Shown in pieces: positions 49,824 to 63,142 of a DNA stretch of 64,000 nucleotides. The stretch is from positions 58,032,001-58,096,000 of the forward strand of contig NC_042998.1 in assembly GCF_006345805.1 (NCBI RefSeq), given 5' to 3'. Both the position numbers and the translations under genes were made by a program. The notes under the pieces are model-generated. The model had not been told where the DNA came from and did not search any database. It saw only the letters and a program-made list of their open reading frames with translations. Each line of letters opens with the position of its first letter. Positions within the stretch are counted from its first letter, which is position 1. Source of the DNA: Octopus sinensis. Taxonomy: Eukaryota.

Positions 49824-51666
49824 GAATGTGTTTATGATTATTCAGATAAAAGAAGTATGGGTGAATGCGGATGCTATATCAATGGTTTTGTTTAAAACAA
49901 AAAGGTTGCCAACTCTCAAAATAAGCAGCGCGTGAAATTCCAACAATTCAAGCTCACCTTTCTGTCTCTGAACTTCCTTTTGATATTAAACCTTATATTG
50001 TTTTCCCTTTATGTCTCTCCCTTCACAACTCATCATATGCTTTATTCATTATTCATATATTTATTTATTTTATTAACCGATGTGTTCATTCTGCCATTCA
50101 TTTTAATTAACATTAGAATGATGAAACTTATCTTTCTTTAGAAAATAGTTCTAAGTACTCATATCTTCTTTCGAAGCTAATTCTTTGCTCCCGTAAAAAA
50201 AATTCTAAATGGCAACATGCTGGATACATCTAACGTTTTTGGATATATATTTACAAACACACACACACATGCACACACACACACACACACACACACGTGC
50301 ACACACAGATATGTGTGTGTATGTGTGTACGTGTATGTTTACGCTGATGACTGTCATCTGCTCTGGCCTATTTTTCATTTTCGTTTTTTGGCCATCCTTT
50401 CTTTTCTTTTCTTTACTTTTTTTATACCATTTGTAGGTCTTTAAGTTCCTTAGATCAAATTCCATCGAGGTCGGCTGTTATTGAGCACTGGAGGCGATGC
50501 AATTGACTAACACCTTCACCCCTAAAAGTTATGGCCAAAATTATAATCTATATTTGGTTCATAATATTTTTATCTGATTACATTCGATTTCCTTTTCAAT
50601 CTCATTCCTTACCCTTTTGTGTAAATAGAAAACACCTCCCCACACAACACACATACTTCTCAAAATACATCAAAACGCATAGATTTTTTTCAAACAAATG
50701 AGGATGAAATCATTTCACATGTACAACTGTGTATTATCGATCGGAAATAAATTTATGGGACATCATATTTTGTTTTGTAAATACATGTACCCTTGGAAGG
50801 GAGGTAACCTTTAGCCATATAATTAGAGCTATACTATATAAAGCTAAACGTAGCTCCTAAAATATGGCATTATTTGATTAAGTGTAATTGAGGTCAGCAA
50901 AATTTATGAAATGTCATGCAAAAATTAAGGCTATTTTATGAAGAAGCATGCCTAGCTTTAATTAATGCTCCCCAAAAAATTACGTTTTACGTGTCGAAAA
51001 TGGACTTTTATGAAACCTTACAAGTTTATAATAATTAAATACACACACATGTTGTCCCTCTTACTGAACGACAGCTAGTGTGTTTCTATGAAACAGCAAC
51101 TCTCTTATAAAACAGTAACCACCTTTATTGATGAGTCAAGGGATGAGGATAGCAGAGTCGGTTAAGCAGCAAGCAAATTACTTTTTGATGTTCTACCGTG
51201 TTCCTTCATGAGTTCAAACTTCTACGGAGTTAAATTAATTTTAAGGTCTACAAACGAAACATCTGGGTAGATATGATGGACAAATTAAATTCCATTGAAG
51301 TGCTGGGGACATTACTGATCTATGACCCCACTACTTCCTACTCTCCCCAAATTTCTCTTAGAAATCTAAATTAATATTGTCTGAATGTACAAAAGGATGG
51401 CAGTGTGGTGTTAATATATCCCATGTGTTAGTGAATTAAACTCCTAAGTGCCCCAATACTTTACTCCCATACACATCTCATTTGATTGGTTTAGTGAAAA
51501 CGAAATTAATTCATTTATGTTTTAGGGCGAAGCAACCAATATAAAATATCAGAATCTATGTTCTTGTTACTGACGTGAAACTTCTTAGATCTTATCCAGA
51601 AGTCTTATTCACAAACGCACTGTAATAACTAGCTCACAGAGTTAGTACTTCTCTCTGTCTTTTCAG

Positions 51667-51797
51667 CGGCCGATGGTTCTCGAATCCAGGAAGCTGCATT
51701 ACACAACCACCTCGGCCAACATGTTCCTTCTTTCCTGCTTCTTAATATAACTGATCTATTTGGAAATCCGGGCATTGAATTTTTATCCACTCATTAA
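51667..51797 (+). CDS. Candidate terminal coding exon
   Basis: Very strong acceptor cttctctctgtcttttcAG. The phase-1 frame reads ADGSRIQEAALHNHLGQHVPSFLLLNITDLFGNPGIEFLSTH*. AATAAA at 51946-51951. No homology recognised. Confidence 0.22.
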
Positions 51798-53002
51798 TTT
51801 CAAAGGATTCAGCACTTTGTATTGGGTCGAATAGAACATTTTTCTCCTACTCTGATAAATTCATAGCCAAAGCATGGAATGGACAATAACGCGACACTAT
51901 TTCCCAAACATCTAATCTCAGCCTGTTTGGTTTTATAGTCATAAGAATAAAACTGTCTTTCAGTTAGGTAGCTATGTTTGCTTAATTTGAAAAATCAGAT
52001 AACGAGAGGGTTTCTGAGTGGGGACTCGACTTACTAAATCAGTAGTTAAATTTATGTCAGCAATCCGACTGTCATAAAAGAAAGAAAATATGATGCCTCA
52101 AATACCGTTGTCTTAATTATTCTATGCCTAAATGAAAAAGAAAATGGAATTATCGTGGATAGAAAGTCTTTGATCACATATTCCATCATTGCTGTCCTGG
52201 GGCACAACAGCAACAACAATGACAAATACGGTAGAATTTTAATAAAAGCTTTAAAATATTTTGTCATCCTATGCAAATGTAACATAGGAACTATTGCATA
52301 AAACTGAATCACAGAGTGGCATAAACATCAACTGAGGTATGAACTTTCAGATCATTTTGATTTATCGTGAGCGAAAGTCACAATTGGGTGCCTTTGCGAT
52401 AAAGTATCCGTTACCTTTTGGATGCTTTCAACATAATACTACTCCTTACGGGACCCGTGGAAATTCCACGGTGTAACTTAACATGTCTGAAAATAGTAAC
52501 ATATTAAATATTAAGTTAGGAATTTCAAAAATTTTGCTTTTAAATCTAATCAGAATGAACTTAGAAGGTATTGCTTATCAACCTTTTCTATATATGTTTG
52601 ACAAATGTGATTAATTTTATAGCTTAAGGGCAAAGCCTGAAGCGGTTTTCTCCCCTTAATGAGTTTTCACCCTCTCTTCTCTTCCTTACTAAACTTTGTC
52701 TCGCTTTCTCTCACTTACTCCGAAAGCAATTGTAGGTGATAGCACTGACAGGCCCTTGTCAAAAATAAAATCCGAAAAAAAGCATAAAACTTATGCATGT
52801 ATGTGTGTACTCGCGAGCGTATCTATGTAAAAACTACATTTTCTGCTTTCCAACTACCAACAAGGCTCAGTCCAAGTTATTTACCAATTGTATTTATTTT
52901 CATTTCTTCTCATTTCGTTTCTATTCATATCTATTTGCATAACAATTAGTTTATCTCTCAATCTGCATATCTGTTGATATTTTTGTAAACTCACCTACAT
53001 AA

Positions 53003-53051
53003 CTATCTATCTATCTATCTATCTCTCTCTCTCTATCTATCTATCTGTCTG

Positions 53052-53116
<65 letters not shown>

Positions 53117-53275
53117 TTATCTCTCTCTATATATATCTATCTATCTATCTATCTATCTATCAATCTATCTGTCTGTCTGTCTGTCTGTCTGTCTGTATGT
53201 TTCTCTCTCTTTCTTTCTTTGTCTTTGTCTGTCTGTCTCTCTCTCTCTCTCTCTATCTATCTATCCATCTATCTA
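53003..53275. repeat. Compound (TCTA)n/(TCTG)n/(TC)n microsatellite
   Basis: Direct reading. Confidence 0.95.
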
Positions 53276-53578
53276 ATCAACTTTCATATCTATAATTCTT
53301 TCTGTATCAACCTACTCTCATAATACTTAGAAGAATTGGAGCCAAAAATATATAAAAAATGGATACTGACAATACTCCAGCATGGCCACAGACTTTGGTC
53401 TGGAATGTGCAAAAGATAAAAGTGTATTACCACAGCTATCTGCTAAGATTATTTCACCTTTAACTACCTACTGATGCATAAACTTCTACATCTTCACATT
53501 ATTTCACTAAATCACTCACTGTGCCTACGATTTAACACAAAAATGCAGAATGATTTAGACCTCCACCCTTCCTCTGTC

Positions 53579-53616
<38 letters not shown>

Positions 53617-54023
53617 CCCCCACTCTCTCTCTCTTTCTCTTATTTTCCCTTTCTCCATTTATAAATGTATTTCTCCATTCGGGTGATTACCTCCCTTACC
53701 GTAAGCGTAACACACGGACAAAACAGACAGAAACGTAAGAAAGTATAGAAGAATATTATAGATAATAATCTAGTCACGAAGTATTCTGTATTCAGTTTAA
53801 CATTCTCCCTGCTGCTCTACAGGTGGGTAAGATTGGTCATTGAACGGCTAATCGCCTTTGCTCTTTATTTGCCATTTGGTTCTTCCTCTTCCTCCTTATC
53901 ACGGTCTTCGTTTTGCAAATTTTCGTTATCGCATTATCTTCGTGCGCGTTCTTCCATTTCCTTCGTTCTTCTCAGACATTTTGTATCCCCAATTTCTACC
54001 CGTTCACTCTCCTTTACATCGCA

Positions 54024-54112
54024 TTCTTCTTCTTCTTCTTCTTCTTCTTCTTCTTCTTCTTCTTCTTCTCTTCTTCTTCTTCTTCTTCTTCTTCTTTGTC
54101 GTCGTCGTCGTT
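54024..54112. repeat. (TTC)n followed by (GTC)n microsatellite
   Basis: Direct reading. Explains the ORFs at 53833-54238. Confidence 0.95.
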
Positions 54113-54279
54113 TTGCTTTTTGCCGTCTTTTCTTCCATATCATTATTCTTTACCAGAAACTTTAGCATTCTTCATTCTCTTCTACTTCAAAACATCTTTG
54201 TAAATTGTGAAGTTCCCCAAAGGTTTCTAACAACATGATTTCTTATTGATTATCACTTATCAATAAAACTCACTTTATT

Positions 54280-54286
54280 ACATACA

Positions 54287-54375
<89 letters not shown>

Positions 54376-54400
54376 CACACATACATCCATACATATATAC
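54280..54400. repeat. (TACA)n/(TA)n microsatellite
   Basis: Direct reading. Confidence 0.9.
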
Positions 54401-55377
54401 GCAGAGAGAAAGAGAGGAAAAGATTTATACATCAAGTTCATACATATACTCAGAGACATCATACAGAATATGCATTACAAAAACCTTCATTATTATATTT
54501 TCAAGAAAATTCGTTATATGGTATTACAATTAATAATTTGTTTTATATCCACGAATATGTTTCCGCTGCTCTGTGAGAAAGAGAGTGTACTATATCGTTG
54601 AAAAAGTTACAGTTTTCTTTAGTTTTCTTTCATAGCTCTTATATTGAGTACACTGTTGATCAGCTGAAAATATATCAGTTTTGAGAAGTAGGTGCATAGT
54701 ATGTAAGAGGACTATGATTGCCTTGCTTTTGTAAAACTTGACATTGAATATTTGCAGCATTGTACTTAAAGTTGTAAAAGGAAGAAAAAAGCTTCATTTT
54801 TTTCTTTTTGTTTTATAAAAGTAATCAATTTTCTTTCCAGGTTATGATTTATGAAATTATAGCTATAGTAACGTCATACTTATTGTTTCTTTATATTGTA
54901 GCATATGAGAACTTCTAGAGGCTTGGGAGCTTGGATGATTGATTATGAGTTCTTATTTCAGAGTTTGGAGCGAGAAACACGACAGGGTTGCCGTAAAAGG
55001 CTTTTACACTAGAGTTGCACTGTGTGTAATATCAGAAAAACGTAAACAATATGGTGGTAGCAATAGAAAGTATAGGAGGCAGGCATGTATCGCATTCACG
55101 AGCTAGAAGTTGTGAGTTGCTGAGTGAAGTTATGTCTGTTCTTGGATGACATTTTCCTTTTTAGTTTGGATGTGTGAACTAAAAGTTATATGTGAGATTT
55201 AGTAAGAATCTGGAACCCATTTGTATCTTGCTGAGGTGTCAGTTACCGTTGTAAAATGCAGAATATCGAGCAGTTCTTGTATGGTTTCCGTAGCATATTA
55301 TCTCTATTCGTGAAAAAGCTTTAGAATTCGGTAGAGCTTTATTCCAGTTATTTACATTAATAGTATTAGATATGTTG

Positions 55378-55606
55378 CGGCGAGCTAGCAGAAATGTTAG
55401 CACGCCGGCCGAAATACTTAGAGGTATTTCGTCTGCCGCTACGTTCTGAGTTCAAATTCCGCCGAGGTCGACTTTGCCTTTCATCCTTTCGGAGTCGATG
55501 AATTAAATACCAGTTACTCACTGGGGTTGATGTAACCGACTTAATCCCTTTGTCTATCCTTGTTTGTCCACTCTATGTTTAGCCCCTTGTGGGTAGTAAA
55601 GAAATA
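55378..55606 (+). mobile_element. SINE family N, full length, tail type A, with a 16-bp TSD
   Basis: Same as 34754-34976. Flanked by AGTATTAGATATGTTG at 55362-55377 and 55607-55622. Confidence 0.92.
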
Positions 55607-56493
55607 AGTATTAGATATGTTGTGTCAGGAATTATTTGCTATTTTACAATAATTCTTTTCATGTTAAATGTAATGATTAGAAACTGACGTAGCAATGGGA
55701 TCGTATGATGAGGCTGGCGTTTGTGAATTGATAGAAGTGTACATCATAGGCTCCGGAAGAGATTCCTCTATGCAGAGTTCTGTTTCTACCTCTTAGTAAA
55801 CCTGACCGTATTACATTGACATTAACTTTAACTGTCACCCAATAATTCCTAGAAACTCAAAAATATAACTATACGTATATCCTGCTTATCTACTGGCAAG
55901 TATTCTTTAAACCATGCCGCTTATTATTACAATAGCACATTAAGACATACTAAATTCAATATAAAGCTAAACTAATACTTATAAACGCAAAATAGAAAAG
56001 TAGAAAATGCAATATGCTGTTCATCGTTTAAATATTCATTCCAATATTGTCCACATAGTTTAAATATTCATTTCAATATTGACAGAATTTTCCTGAACTG
56101 AATAAATATTTTTTTTTCCTGTAGATCACAATTATCTTAAAGTTTACAATAGATACAACATTAAAGTGAGTTGGAGTTGCATCAAAGTCACTGATGCTGC
56201 TATATCCTGTATAAACGGCAAATTTCGCAGTACGAAGAGAAAAAACATTTTACTAACGGTATGCGTTTTTCCAAGGTGCTTGCTCATCAAACTAAAGCTT
56301 TTTTTTGTAACTATCAGGGAGCAGATCTATATAGAGCTTACAAAAAATCCATTTTAGAAAATTCCAGAGATATTTCATCTCAGAGAGGCGCAAAGCCGCC
56401 TCACAGTCTAGTTCAAGGATGAAATACTAGCAATTATATAATTGTTTCGTGCATTGCAAAGCACGCATCACACTGTAACAATGACTCCAGAAT

Positions 56494-56976
56494 AGGCGCA
56501 GGAGTGGCTGTGTGGTAAGCAGCTTGCTTAACAACCAGATGGTTCCAGGTTCAGTCCCACTGCGTGGCACCTTGAGCAGGTGTCTTCTACTATAGCCTCG
56601 GGCCGACCAAAGTCTTGTGAGTGGATTTGGTAGACGGAAACTGAATGAAGCTCGGAGTATATATGTATATATATGTGGAGGCGCAATGGCCCAGTGGTTA
56701 GGGCAGCGAACTCGCAGTCGTAGGATCGCAGTTTCGATTCCCAGACCGGGCGTTGTGAGTGTTTATTGAGCGAAAACACCTAAAGCTCCACGAGGCTCCG
56801 GCAGGGGGTTGTGGCGATCCCTGCTGTACTCTTTCGCCACAACTTACTCTCACTCGTTCGTCTGTTGTACTGTTCGCTTAGCCAGCGGGGTGGCGTCATT
56901 TGAAGGCTAAAACAATGCTAAGCGCATTGTGACCAGCGATGTGTAGCAACATCTGATAGCCTGGTCGGTCACGGTG

Positions 56977-57014
<38 letters not shown>

Positions 57015-57212
57015 GTGTGTGTATATGCTTGTGTGTCTGTGTTTGTCCCCCCCCACATCGCTTGACAACCAATGCTGGTGTATTTACGTCCCCGTAACTT
57101 AGCGGTTCGGCAAGAGAGCCCGATAGAATAAGTACTAGGCTTACAAAGAATAAGTGCTGGGGTCGATTTGCTCGACTAAAGGCGGTGCTCCAGCATGGCC
57201 ACAGTCAAATGA
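56494..57212 (+). mobile_element. SINE family A (3' tail clipped) interrupted by a family B SINE
   Basis: Head 56494-56676; body resumes at 56978 and runs to ...cagcatggccacagtcaaatga (57212). Confidence 0.9.
56677..56977 (+). mobile_element. SINE family B (tRNA-Arg-like head), full length, inserted in (TA)n
   Basis: ggaggcgcaatggcccagtggttagggcagcgaactcgcag...tttcgattccc...gagcgaaaacacctaaagctccacgaggctcc...gcctggtcggtcacggtga(ta)n. Confidence 0.88.
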
Positions 57213-57733
57213 ATCGTTGTCTCTTGCAGAAAAAAACATCATCCTATAACTTCGCTGCTTGCAATTTTGCACAAAGTTTCAGAATTGAAGAATTTCCATC
57301 GATATTTATTGAAGACTTTCTAATTACCAATTACAAACTGGTATATATGTATATTACAAACTGAAATGGTTTTAATTCCCATATTTATGTATTTGCTATA
57401 CCCAAAAAGATGGTCACATACTGGAAAACCTTCAGTTATTCAATAACAAATGAAAATTCATCAAACCTAAACATCCTCCCGTCTTTCCTTTGTTGTACGC
57501 GTGATAAGGAAAACAGATATTATAATATCACGTGAGTATGCGTGTGAATAAATGATTGTATTACATGTTCTGCGCGTGACAATTGAGTAGTTGAATGTAG
57601 CATGTTTTCAGGCAAACAATCAAACCTCGACACCAAATAGTGTTACTTGCATATTATCACGTTGCTTCTTTATTTTTGTGTTCATTGGGAACGTAAAACT
57701 CAGACTAACAACTCAGGAAGCGACAGTTTCTCA

Positions 57734-57734
<1 letters not shown>

Positions 57735-57768
<34 letters not shown>

Positions 57769-57775
57769 ATATATA

Positions 57776-57824
<49 letters not shown>

Positions 57825-57954
57825 CATACATACATACATACATACAAATAAACACACTCATATACACACACAGAAGTACACGTGCACACACATATATGCA
57901 TACATATATATTTATATATATACTCACATATATGAACACACATATATATAAATG

Positions 57955-57990
<36 letters not shown>
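57735..57990. repeat. Compound (TCTA)n(TA)n(CATA)n(TG)n microsatellite
   Basis: Direct reading. Confidence 0.9.
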
Positions 57991-57992
<2 letters not shown>

Positions 57993-59294
57993 TCTGTGTA
58001 CGCAGGCATACGCCATTACTGCCGAGTTCTGTCTACCAAATTCCACTGAGAAAACATGGGTCAACCTGAGCTTATGATAGAAGGTACTTTGTCAAAGCAC
58101 TTCACAATGTGGTTGAGCGCACATGCATGTGAATGTAAACGAACTGAAAAGCACAGGTCATCTCTGTTGTTGCATATAAATTCTAAACTTGAATCTGTCA
58201 TGTATGTTTGGAAATATTGTACGTTTAATACTATGAACCTCCAGAGTATTCATTAATTCCTGCGCAATTAGAAGTAGAACTACATAGTAATTCTTTGTAT
58301 CTTTTCCATCGCTTCCCCTCTTTGTATTTAGCAAAATAGTTGAATAAATGGGAAAGGAGAAAGTTGTTCCAGATCCACCTCATCTTCGATATCGAATCAT
58401 AATTTATTCGTTATCCTACTTCTCAAGAGACACAGATGAGATAATCAAATATCCTATGACATTGCGCAGAATTCTAGACCGGGAATCTAAATTTATTCTG
58501 ATTTGGCATAGATGAGGGATTAGTGTTATTACTCTTGGAGAGTGAATCATACGACCTTACGTTATTAAACAAATATTTTTGTTTTCATATTAAAGCTCTT
58601 TCTGTGTCAATATGCAAATCATAATTTTGTTTATATTGCGATAATCGCTGGGGAAATCTACACAGGAGTTTCGAAGATCTGACTGTTTACATAGATTGTT
58701 AGACTTCAGATAGATCTAATAGTACTCTAGCGTTAATTGATTTACCTAATGCAACAAGTAATATAGTTGGGGATAGTTTCATAGCCATTTGATATATATC
58801 ATCACCTATCTTCCAATATTGCTGCGTATATTCTATGTGTAAACAATAAGGTTCATTTTTTTATCGTAAATATTCAATCACCAAAAATTGAAAAAGATAA
58901 AAGAAAAAGCAATCTACCTAAAACAGGATGCGATTTGATGTAATGTATATAGTGAAAAATAAATCCAGGAGAAAATCTCTTGTAGCTAATAAGTATTCTG
59001 AAATATTTCATCATGCTCTACTATTGATGTTTGATATCGTTTTTATTCTTTCCTTTATTTTGCCCATCAATATGTTTTTTTTTTTAGATAAAAGGACACG
59101 AATAAAGAGGAAGATAATCACAATATATTATACATTAGAGTGCTGACTCTGGAAGCTAGACACAATGGATGCATATAAAGCGATATCATTGCCTTCCTTT
59201 TTAAATCTGAATAGGTTCCGCGGAGGTTGCTATTAAAGATGGCTTATCAATTTGCCGTTCCTTCAAAATATACTGTTCGTGAATACAATGGATT

Positions 59295-59720
59295 TTCTGA
59301 GTGGAAAATTGCCAAAATCATATTTATTCATTAAAGAAAAATTCATATTGAGGATAGATGATATTTTTTAGTAGCTTTCCTAAGAGACTATTGTGATTTA
59401 TTTGTCATGAAATAGAATAACGTATAAAGGTCAGCATGGATTTCTACCAAATTGTACTGCATTAAGTTGAATTGGATTTTGTTTTAACTAATGGGTAAAC
59501 TCGTTAGATACCATAACGCTATCAATCTTGTCATTGTATAAGCTTTTGATTTATTTAATCAACAAACTGAACTGTAAGCACTGAATGTATCCTTTCTAAT
59601 TGGTGGCTAATTACACTAATGCTAAGTGAATGGACGGTAAAAGTCTTGCTGGCTATGGTAGCTGTATATCATGGATCAGTTTCTAATGCTGTGGATATCG
59701 AACAGTTTAGCTCTGGTATT
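59295..59720 (+). mobile_element. Ancient CR1-group LINE reverse-transcriptase remnant
   Basis: Ordered degenerate RT motifs EWKIAKIIFIH (59299), QHGFLP (59432), KAFD-like aagcttttgat (59540) and VYHGSV (similar to VPQGSV). Many stops and frameshifts. Confidence 0.55.
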
Positions 59721-60219
59721 ATGCTCGGTCACAATGTTAGTTGTTCTTGTTTAGCTTTGGATCAACTTTCGCTTATCAATCTATTTTACTCTTGTGGTTT
59801 CAAACAGATTAAAATCATCATAGTGTACAACCAGGCTGTTAAAGTTCTCAACATCGATTACGCATTGACCTTAGATAAGTTAAATCCCGGTTATAATTTC
59901 TGATTATATTTTTTTCTTGAAACCATTGGATAAACTATATTAAAGAAGATAATCGCGAAGCTTCTTAAAAGATACCTTCAAATAACTTGCACTACTAAAT
60001 CTAAGACCAGAAGACTGTGTCTATTTTGAATAAAGGATAAGAGTGAGTTGACAGCTCATGGTCACGTATGGTCATAAATATTATCATATGTATCCCTTTT
60101 CTCCAGGGAGGAAATAAGACATTAGGAGTAGTCAGTTGGATATAAGTAATTGTCTATAAAAAAAGCGGCAGGGTAGGGGTAAGCTTCAAATCATGATGTT
60201 AAGTACCAGTTAAATGGGT

Positions 60220-60362
60220 AAGACACTCATTTACAGCTGAGTGTACTGGGACAACGTGAAATGAAGAGTTCTGCTCAAGAAAGCATCACTCCATCTGGAA
60301 ATCAAAACCACGAACTTGCGACAGAGAGTGCAGCACACAAAGCATAAGATCACGCGCCCGCA
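60220..60362 (-). mobile_element. SINE family C, diverged
   Basis: actcatttacagctgagtgtactgggacaacgtgaaatgaagagttctgctcaagaa...aaccacgaacttgcga. Confidence 0.65.
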
Positions 60363-61229
60363 TCACACACACACACACACACACCACACACACACACACT
60401 TCCAGAACATGTACTTCTAAGCGGTGACCCAAATAAGTTAAAATGGTGATCCTTTCATATCAATATTCGCAGATTTCTAATCCGTTCTAGATTGCTGTAA
60501 AGTGTAAATGAGTGGCAGAAAGGGCAGGATATCAGAATAAATATCTTATGCTATTAAGGTATGCCCCATTACTTTCTGAGGCTACATTTCCCCCAACTAA
60601 TAACAGTTAGCTCTAGTTAAGCCCACAATAGTATATGACACGCATATCTGCAACTGTGCTACTGTTACGCACACAAGCATCTTCGAGTAAATCTGTTTCT
60701 TTATTGGTGTAACATAAAAATCATTCAGTCATTCCTCCGTCTCCAATCCATGAACGAGCTGCGTTTTTCCTCTGCTTTCTGTATTGTACTTAAATGGTAA
60801 ATGGTCCCTGTTCTTCAGAGTTCGCTGTGTTTGTACATACTCGACTTAGGCCCCCAACCCACTCGAGTTTCCACCACCCGACATCTATATTGTATTCAGT
60901 CTTCTCATCTCCCAAACTATCCTCTACGTTTATTCCCTTCTCTCCGTAAGATTGATGCTTGGAATCTTCCTATTCAAGTTCTAAATTCAGGTATTTGACT
61001 ATCAACACTTTACACAGAACATAAACGACTTCATTTCTTCCATCTCGGAGGTATTGTAAAGGTCATGGACACTACCTCTTCCTCTAAACCCATGATGTAA
61101 AATAAATACTAATGATATAGTAGTAGTTTTCTGGGTTTAATTTTCTCTACGTTTTAATGTCCTAGAGAATGAAGGACAGAACCTCTGACTATGATGGATG
61201 TGAGGAAGGGAGGCGAAAATTATTCTCTA

Positions 61230-61613
61230 GACAGGCATGGCTGTGTGGCTAAGAAGCTCTCTCTTTCATCACGGGATTTTAGGTTCAGTGCCATTGCGTG
61301 GAATCATGGGTAATTCTCTTGAACTATATCTCCGGGCGTCTAGTGACTTGTGAGTAAATTTGGCACACGGAAACAACGTGCGATATCGCCGTATATATGT
61401 GTATGCTCGTCTTTTATGTTTATCCTCTCACTGCATCACAATCTGTGTTGGTTTGCTTAAATAGGATCAGGAAAGTGACTGAGAGTGTAAGTACCAAACT
61501 TGAAAAAGAAAAAGAAAAAAAACAGTACCGGAGTTGATTTGTTAGACTAAGCCCTTCAAGTTGATTCTTCAACGTGGCCTCAGTTGAAAGAATAAAACGA
61601 GTAAAAGATAAAG
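61230..61613 (+). mobile_element. SINE family A, old diverged copy
   Basis: caggcatggctgtgtggctaagaagct...ggttcagtgccattgcgtgg...ttgtgagtaaatttggcacacggaaac...gttgatttgttagactaa...gagtaaaagataaag. Confidence 0.7.
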
Positions 61614-62412
61614 TGATCTTTCCTGAATCTAACAGATGTGGTGGTATTAAACCAGGCAACAGATGAAGGCTACCTCACTCCTACAAGCTTATCACTTGGT
61701 GGCGATATGAATATATGTAATTACTTCCAAATTTTAATAAGCAATTAATGTAATGATTTGAATTTAATAATGTATTTCTTAAAAGAATAAAAGCAAATGT
61801 CATTCCACACTATTGACTCAACAATTTTACACTAAACATAGTATCCTTACTCTCGCAGGAGAAGAGCTTAGCACTTGCAGCTAAAGGAATACTCGTCCGA
61901 TATACAATAACACGTCTTTGGTATAAAATAACGTGGTTCTATCAAATATTTAATAAATGGATCGTTAAAATATCACAACGCCTATAGCGAAATCTTTGAT
62001 ACTTCAATCTACAGACAGATCACACAACTTAAAGTTATTTGTCATAAACCTACTCGTGTAATATGAAACAAGGTTCTCCTATTTTAGGGTAGAAACAATC
62101 GATTAAATCTACTCCAAAATATTGTGGGGCTCACTTATTTTATCCAATGAAAGTTTTGGTCGACCCAAATAATGATTGTAATTCAGAATGTAAAGAACGA
62201 TAGCTTATAAAACGAAATAATAAAGGTTACCAACATTAGTACAAAAACACATATTTAAAGGAGAGTAGAGTCGATATAGTAGATCTTAGCACTTGAAGAA
62301 TAAAGTAAAAAATCGACCAGGTAGAATTTACATCAGAATGTGGATGTATCATTGGAAAAGTGAAATAATTATAAACGAGACATTGCAAGAGTTTTTCTGT
62401 ATTCACACATAC

Positions 62413-63142
62413 AATAATGAAATTATTGTATACAGTGCTCAGGTGCACCACAACTTGTCAAAAGTGCATATAAAGCATATGCAGTAATGTATAAATGTCT
62501 GGGAAGTGAACAGTGTATGACTCAGATACATGCTTGTGTGCGTATGGAGGGGAGAAAATCGGGTGTAGTGTTGGCAAATCTCAGGAAGCATAGAATTTTT
62601 GAAGGATGCAGTGCTCCGACAACTAACAACGGATGCCGGTAGTTTGTTCCAAACTTCAGCAACTCTTAGCATGAAAAAATGTTTCCGAAAGTCATAGGAG
62701 CTGTACTGTTTTCTGACTTTGTAAACATGTCCACAGGTATTAGACAGGTGGAGTTTGAAAAGGTGCTCAGAGTTATTGTTTGTAAGATGGTTAATAATTT
62801 TATGGGTGTCTGTCAAGTCAGCTGCCTGACGTCGGAGTTTCAATGCCCGGGGAAGTAAGGCGTTCAGAATATGGCAAATGCGTGATGGAGGGTATTCTCT
62901 TAGTTGTACGTCGCTGAACGGTTTCCAGACGATTAATATCCTGGGTAAGATAGAGGTTCCAGACCGGTGATGCAAATTCCAGGTGAGGTCACACCATAGC
63001 TATATAAAACCTCAAATAGATAGGCGGAGAGCGGCTCACAAAGGACTTGGTGACTGATGCCAAGACACCCTCATCCTTCTTGGCAATTTTAGCAATGTGT
63101 TTTGTCCAACGCAAATCGCTGTCGACAATAATGCCCAGACAC
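62413..63142 (-). mobile_element. 5'-truncated CR1-clade LINE (ORF2 C-terminus and 3' UTR)
   Basis: Minus strand LGIIVDSDLRWTKHIAKIAKK...LEFASPVWNLYLTQDINRLETVQRRTTKRIP..LPYSERL, then LKLRRQAADL..HKII...TCGHVYKVRK...RKHFFMLRVAEVWNKLPASVVSCRSTASFK. Tail ...gcacctgagcactgtatacaataatttcattatt. Confidence 0.9.

Noticed and set aside
52229-52252. GRILIKAL peptide shared with the minus-strand ORF near 27880
   Set aside because: An 8-residue match of common residues is plausible by chance in six-frame translations of AT-rich DNA, and the similarity does not extend.
60800-61050. Possible old LINE 3' end (WNLP motif)
   Set aside because: Only one short motif; not enough to assign.
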